Shown one piece after another: positions 61,314 through 64,000 of a DNA stretch of 64,000 nucleotides. A program made the translations under genes and the position numbers. Origin of the DNA: Bradymonadia bacterium. Lineage in GTDB: Bacteria; Myxococcota_A; Bradymonadia; UBA7976; UBA1532. Location: positions 1,125 through 65,124 of the forward strand of contig JBILLN010000005.1 in the NCBI GenBank assembly GCA_044376085.1, in the 5' to 3' direction. The notes below the pieces were generated by a model that did no database searches, was not told the DNA's origin, and saw only the letters and a list, made by a program, of their open reading frames with translations. The first letter of the stretch is position 1. Each line of letters starts with the position of its first letter.

Positions 61314-63821
61314 TTGGCCAGAATCACGCGTTCCCGTCGCCCGCTCACCCCCTCCGCCCCGGCCCTGACCCCCGATGAGCTCGCCTGGCGCTGCCCCCCG
61401 GCCCTCCTGGTTCCGCTGCGCGGCGTCGAGGAAGAGCACGGCGCCCTGATCGGTCAGGCCCGCGCGCTCGACGCGCTGCGGCTCGGGCTGACGATCGAGT
61501 CGCCCGGACACAACATCTTCGTCTGCGGGCCGAGCGGCACGGGCAAGATGTCGACCGTCCGCGCGCTGCTCAAGCGACGGCCGCAGCGGGACCGCCCGCT
61601 CTACGACTACGCCTACGTCCACAACTTCTCCGATCCCGACCGTCCGCGTCTGTTGCGAATGCCCGCGGGCACGGCGCGGCGCTTCCGCAAGGAGTTCGAG
61701 AAGCTCGTGGTCGAGCTTCCCGAGACGGTCTCGAGACTGCTGGAAGCGGAAACGCTCGAACGTCGGCGCGAAAAGGCGGCCGAGACCTACAAGTCGATGG
61801 AGCGGGAGCTCATCGGGGCGTTCGAGCGCACCTGCGAGAAGCAGCAGTTCCAGCTCGCGCAGGTTCAGGTCGGCGAGAGCCAGCACCTGGAGATCTACCC
61901 CGTCTACCGGAAGAAGCCGATCGACATCGAAGAGCTGCGCGAGCTCGTTGCGACCGGCAAGGCCCGCGTGCCCCGCTTCGAGGAGATTCAGGCGACCTAC
62001 GAGACGCTGAAGGGCGAACTCCGCAACATCCTCGGGCAGCTTCGAAAGGAGGCCCGCCGGATGCAGGAGGAGATCAAAGACCTCGAGAGCGGCGCCGTTC
62101 GACGTGCCCTCGACGATGCGTTCAATGACCTGCTCGAGTCGTTCTCGTTCGACGGCGCCCGGACCTGGCTCGAAGAGGTCACCAGCGCAATCCTCGAACA
62201 CCTCGACCTCTTCGACGACGACCTCGGGGACGACGAAGACGGCGAGCCCGATCCGAGCCGGGTCGAGGAACTCCTTCGGCGTCTTCGCATCAACATCGTG
62301 CTGGACAACGACGGCGCGACGGCCACGCCGGTCGTCTTCGAGAACTTCCCGACCTTCACGAACCTGCTCGGCACCGTCGAGAGGTCCTCCGAAGACACGC
62401 GCGGGACGGTGGACTTCACCCACATCAAGGCCGGCTCACTGCTGCGCGCCGACGGTGGGTTCCTCATCATCAACGCCAACGACGCGGTCCAGGAGGCGGG
62501 CGTCTGGCGGGCTCTCTATCGGGTCTTGAAGACCCGGGAGCTCGAGATCCAGTCCCCGGAGCAGTTCATGTCGCCCGGAGCGGCCTGCGCCCTCAAGCCG
62601 GAGTCCATCCGGGTGGACGTCAAGGTGATCGCCGTCGGAGATGACGACCTCTACCGTCTGCTCTATACCGGCACGGACGAGTTCCGGCGCGTCTTCAAGA
62701 TCAAGGCCGACTTCGACGACGAAATGCCGCGGGACCCCCAGCACCTGGCGCTCTACGCGCAGCACGTGTGGCGGGTCGTCCGCGAGGAGAACCTGATGCC
62801 CGTGGGCGACACGGGGCTGGCGCGGCTCGTCGAGTTCGGCATCCGCCTGGCGGACCGTCAGGACCGCCTCTCGGCCCGGTTCTCCGACATCACCGACCTG
62901 CTGCGCGAGGCCAGTCATTACGCGCGGGCGGCCGGTGCCGAGGAGGTCGGCGCGGAGCACGTCCGCCGTGCTCTCGACGAACGGCGACGCCGCCACGGCC
63001 TCGCCGAGGAGAAGCTGCACGAGCTCATCCAGTGCGGGGTGATCGACATCGCGACCGACGGCGACGAAGTCGGCCAGATCAATGCGCTGACGGTCCTGGA
63101 CCTCGCGGATCACACCTTCGGGCAGCCCTGCCGCGTAACGGCGAGCGTCGCTCCGGGCTCGGACGGGCTGATCAGCATCGAGCGCGAGGTCGAGCTCAGC
63201 GGGCGCCTCCACGACAAGGGGACGCTCATCCTGTCGGGATGGTTGCGATCGCATTACCTGCCGATGCAGCCGCTGAGCCTCTCGGCCACGCTCACGTTCG
63301 AGCAGCTCCACGACGACATCGACGGCGACAGCGCCTCGGCGGCGGAAGCGCTCGCGCTCCTGTCTGCCCTCGCCGACGTCCCGCTCCCGCAGGGCATGGC
63401 GATCACCGGCGCCATCGACCAGCGGGGACGCATCCTCGCGATTGGCGGCGTCAACGAAAAGATCGAGGGGTTCTTCCGACTGTGCGCCCATCGGGGGCTC
63501 ACCGGCCGCCAGGGCATCCTGATTCCGGCCGACAATCGGCGGAATCTGCAACTCGAAGACGACGTCGTCGAGGCCGTCCGCCAGGGTCGATTCCACATCT
63601 GGTCGGTGGGCAGCCTCGACGCCGCGATCGAGCGTCTGACCGGCAAACCCGCCGGCGCCCCCGACGCTCAGGGCCGATTTGCCCCCAACAGCTTCAACGC
63701 CCGCGTGCGCGCCCGCCTCGTCGAGCTCGCGCACCTCGGCGCCGAGAAGCCCACCCCGCCGGGACGTCGAGGCTCGGCTCGCGGGCGTCGGCCGGTCCCC
63801 ACCGCCGATGGAGAGCCGTGA
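61314..63821 (+). CDS. YcbZ-type Lon-like ATP-dependent protease (AAA+ with helical insertion plus Lon S16 domain)
   Basis: LAWR N-terminal motif and Walker A GPSGTGKM. The protease block LTFEQLHDDIDGDSASAAEALALLSALADVP...GGVNEKIEGFF resembles the remembered E. coli YcbZ (catalytic Ser-Lys dyad). The start is TTG at 61314 and is uncertain. Confidence 0.8.
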   Translation: MARITRSRRPLTPSAPALTPDELAWRCPPALLVPLRGVEEEHGALIGQARALDALRLGLTIESPGHNIFVCGPSGTGKMSTVRALLKRRPQRDRPLYDYAYVHNFSDPDRPRLLRMPAGTARRFRKEFEKLVVELPETVSRLLEAETLERRREKAAETYKSMERELIGAFERTCEKQQFQLAQVQVGESQHLEIYPVYRKKPIDIEELRELVATGKARVPRFEEIQATYETLKGELRNILGQLRKEARRMQEEIKDLESGAVRRALDDAFNDLLESFSFDGARTWLEEVTSAILEHLDLFDDDLGDDEDGEPDPSRVEELLRRLRINIVLDNDGATATPVVFENFPTFTNLLGTVERSSEDTRGTVDFTHIKAGSLLRADGGFLIINANDAVQEAGVWRALYRVLKTRELEIQSPEQFMSPGAACALKPESIRVDVKVIAVGDDDLYRLLYTGTDEFRRVFKIKADFDDEMPRDPQHLALYAQHVWRVVREENLMPVGDTGLARLVEFGIRLADRQDRLSARFSDITDLLREASHYARAAGAEEVGAEHVRRALDERRRRHGLAEEKLHELIQCGVIDIATDGDEVGQINALTVLDLADHTFGQPCRVTASVAPGSDGLISIEREVELSGRLHDKGTLILSGWLRSHYLPMQPLSLSATLTFEQLHDDIDGDSASAAEALALLSALADVPLPQGMAITGAIDQRGRILAIGGVNEKIEGFFRLCAHRGLTGRQGILIPADNRRNLQLEDDVVEAVRQGRFHIWSVGSLDAAIERLTGKPAGAPDAQGRFAPNSFNARVRARLVELAHLGAEKPTPPGRRGSARGRRPVPTADGEP

Positions 63822-64000
63822 AGGGGTTTACGACGGCGCGCGCAGAGCGTATGACGCACGCGCCCATGCGGACCTCGTCAGGATTCTGACCGGTCCGGAT
63901 CTTGCTTTGGCCCGCGGGCCGACATTGGCCGCTCGTGCAGGCGTACAGAACTGCACACCAGCGCCCCCGGGCGCCCAGGGGAAGGGAATTCGTCGTGACC

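Noticed and set aside
1-64000. CRISPR arrays, integrases, transposases, or a prophage at the tRNA genes
   Set aside because: No regularly spaced direct repeats were seen. No tyrosine/serine recombinase, transposase or phage structural motifs appear in any frame. The tRNA-flanked blocks contain housekeeping genes.
63995-64000. Possible gene start (GGAAGGGA RBS + GTG) at the window edge
   Set aside because: Only 6 nt of coding sequence lie in the window, so it cannot be evaluated.

Overview
This is a high-GC (~70%) window that looks like Myxococcota-type chromosome, and it is almost fully coding. Most long plus-strand ORFs in the track (e.g. 899..4285, 46194..53132, 53256..57662) are antisense shadows of the real minus-strand genes.

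**Minus-strand envelope cluster.** One long minus-strand gene train runs from a Ser/Thr kinase (19231) down to 138.
- It encodes, in order: a PEGA-ectodomain Ser/Thr kinase, four secreted proteins or lipoproteins, DppABCDF-type peptide ABC transporter genes, a membrane anchor, a TolB-like beta-propeller, a PEGA protein, and a 1133-aa lipoprotein (MopE-like Cys repeats, beta-helix, poly-Gly).
- The last gene is a TPR membrane anchor.
- The last nine genes are linked by ATGA/GTGA or slightly longer start/stop overlaps.
- This envelope module is the best candidate for an undescribed system.

**Other gene groups.**
- A plus-strand pair of secreted lipoproteins: an FCGBP-N-like lipoprotein followed by a multi-IPT/TIG lipoprotein.
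- A GT2 glycosyltransferase divergent from an AgmX/PglI-C-like lipoprotein.
- A split, domain-permuted 5'-nucleotidase.
- tRNA-Arg(CCT), then apt, an NlpD-like M23 peptidase and surE, then tRNA-Pro(GGG).
- A merR-ihfA-pheT-pheS-rplT-rpmI cluster headed by tRNA-Val(GAC), with no infC.
- A plus-strand operon: DciA-like gene, lipoproteins, a ceramidase-like lipoprotein and a DEAD-box helicase.
- A SAM methyltransferase.
- psd translationally coupled to a 3842-aa all-TPR giant protein.
- A class IV aminotransferase-like gene, a Cys-rich lipoprotein, an HDOD protein, a small secreted protein and a YcbZ-like Lon protease.

**Not found.** No CRISPR array, integrase or transposase was seen.
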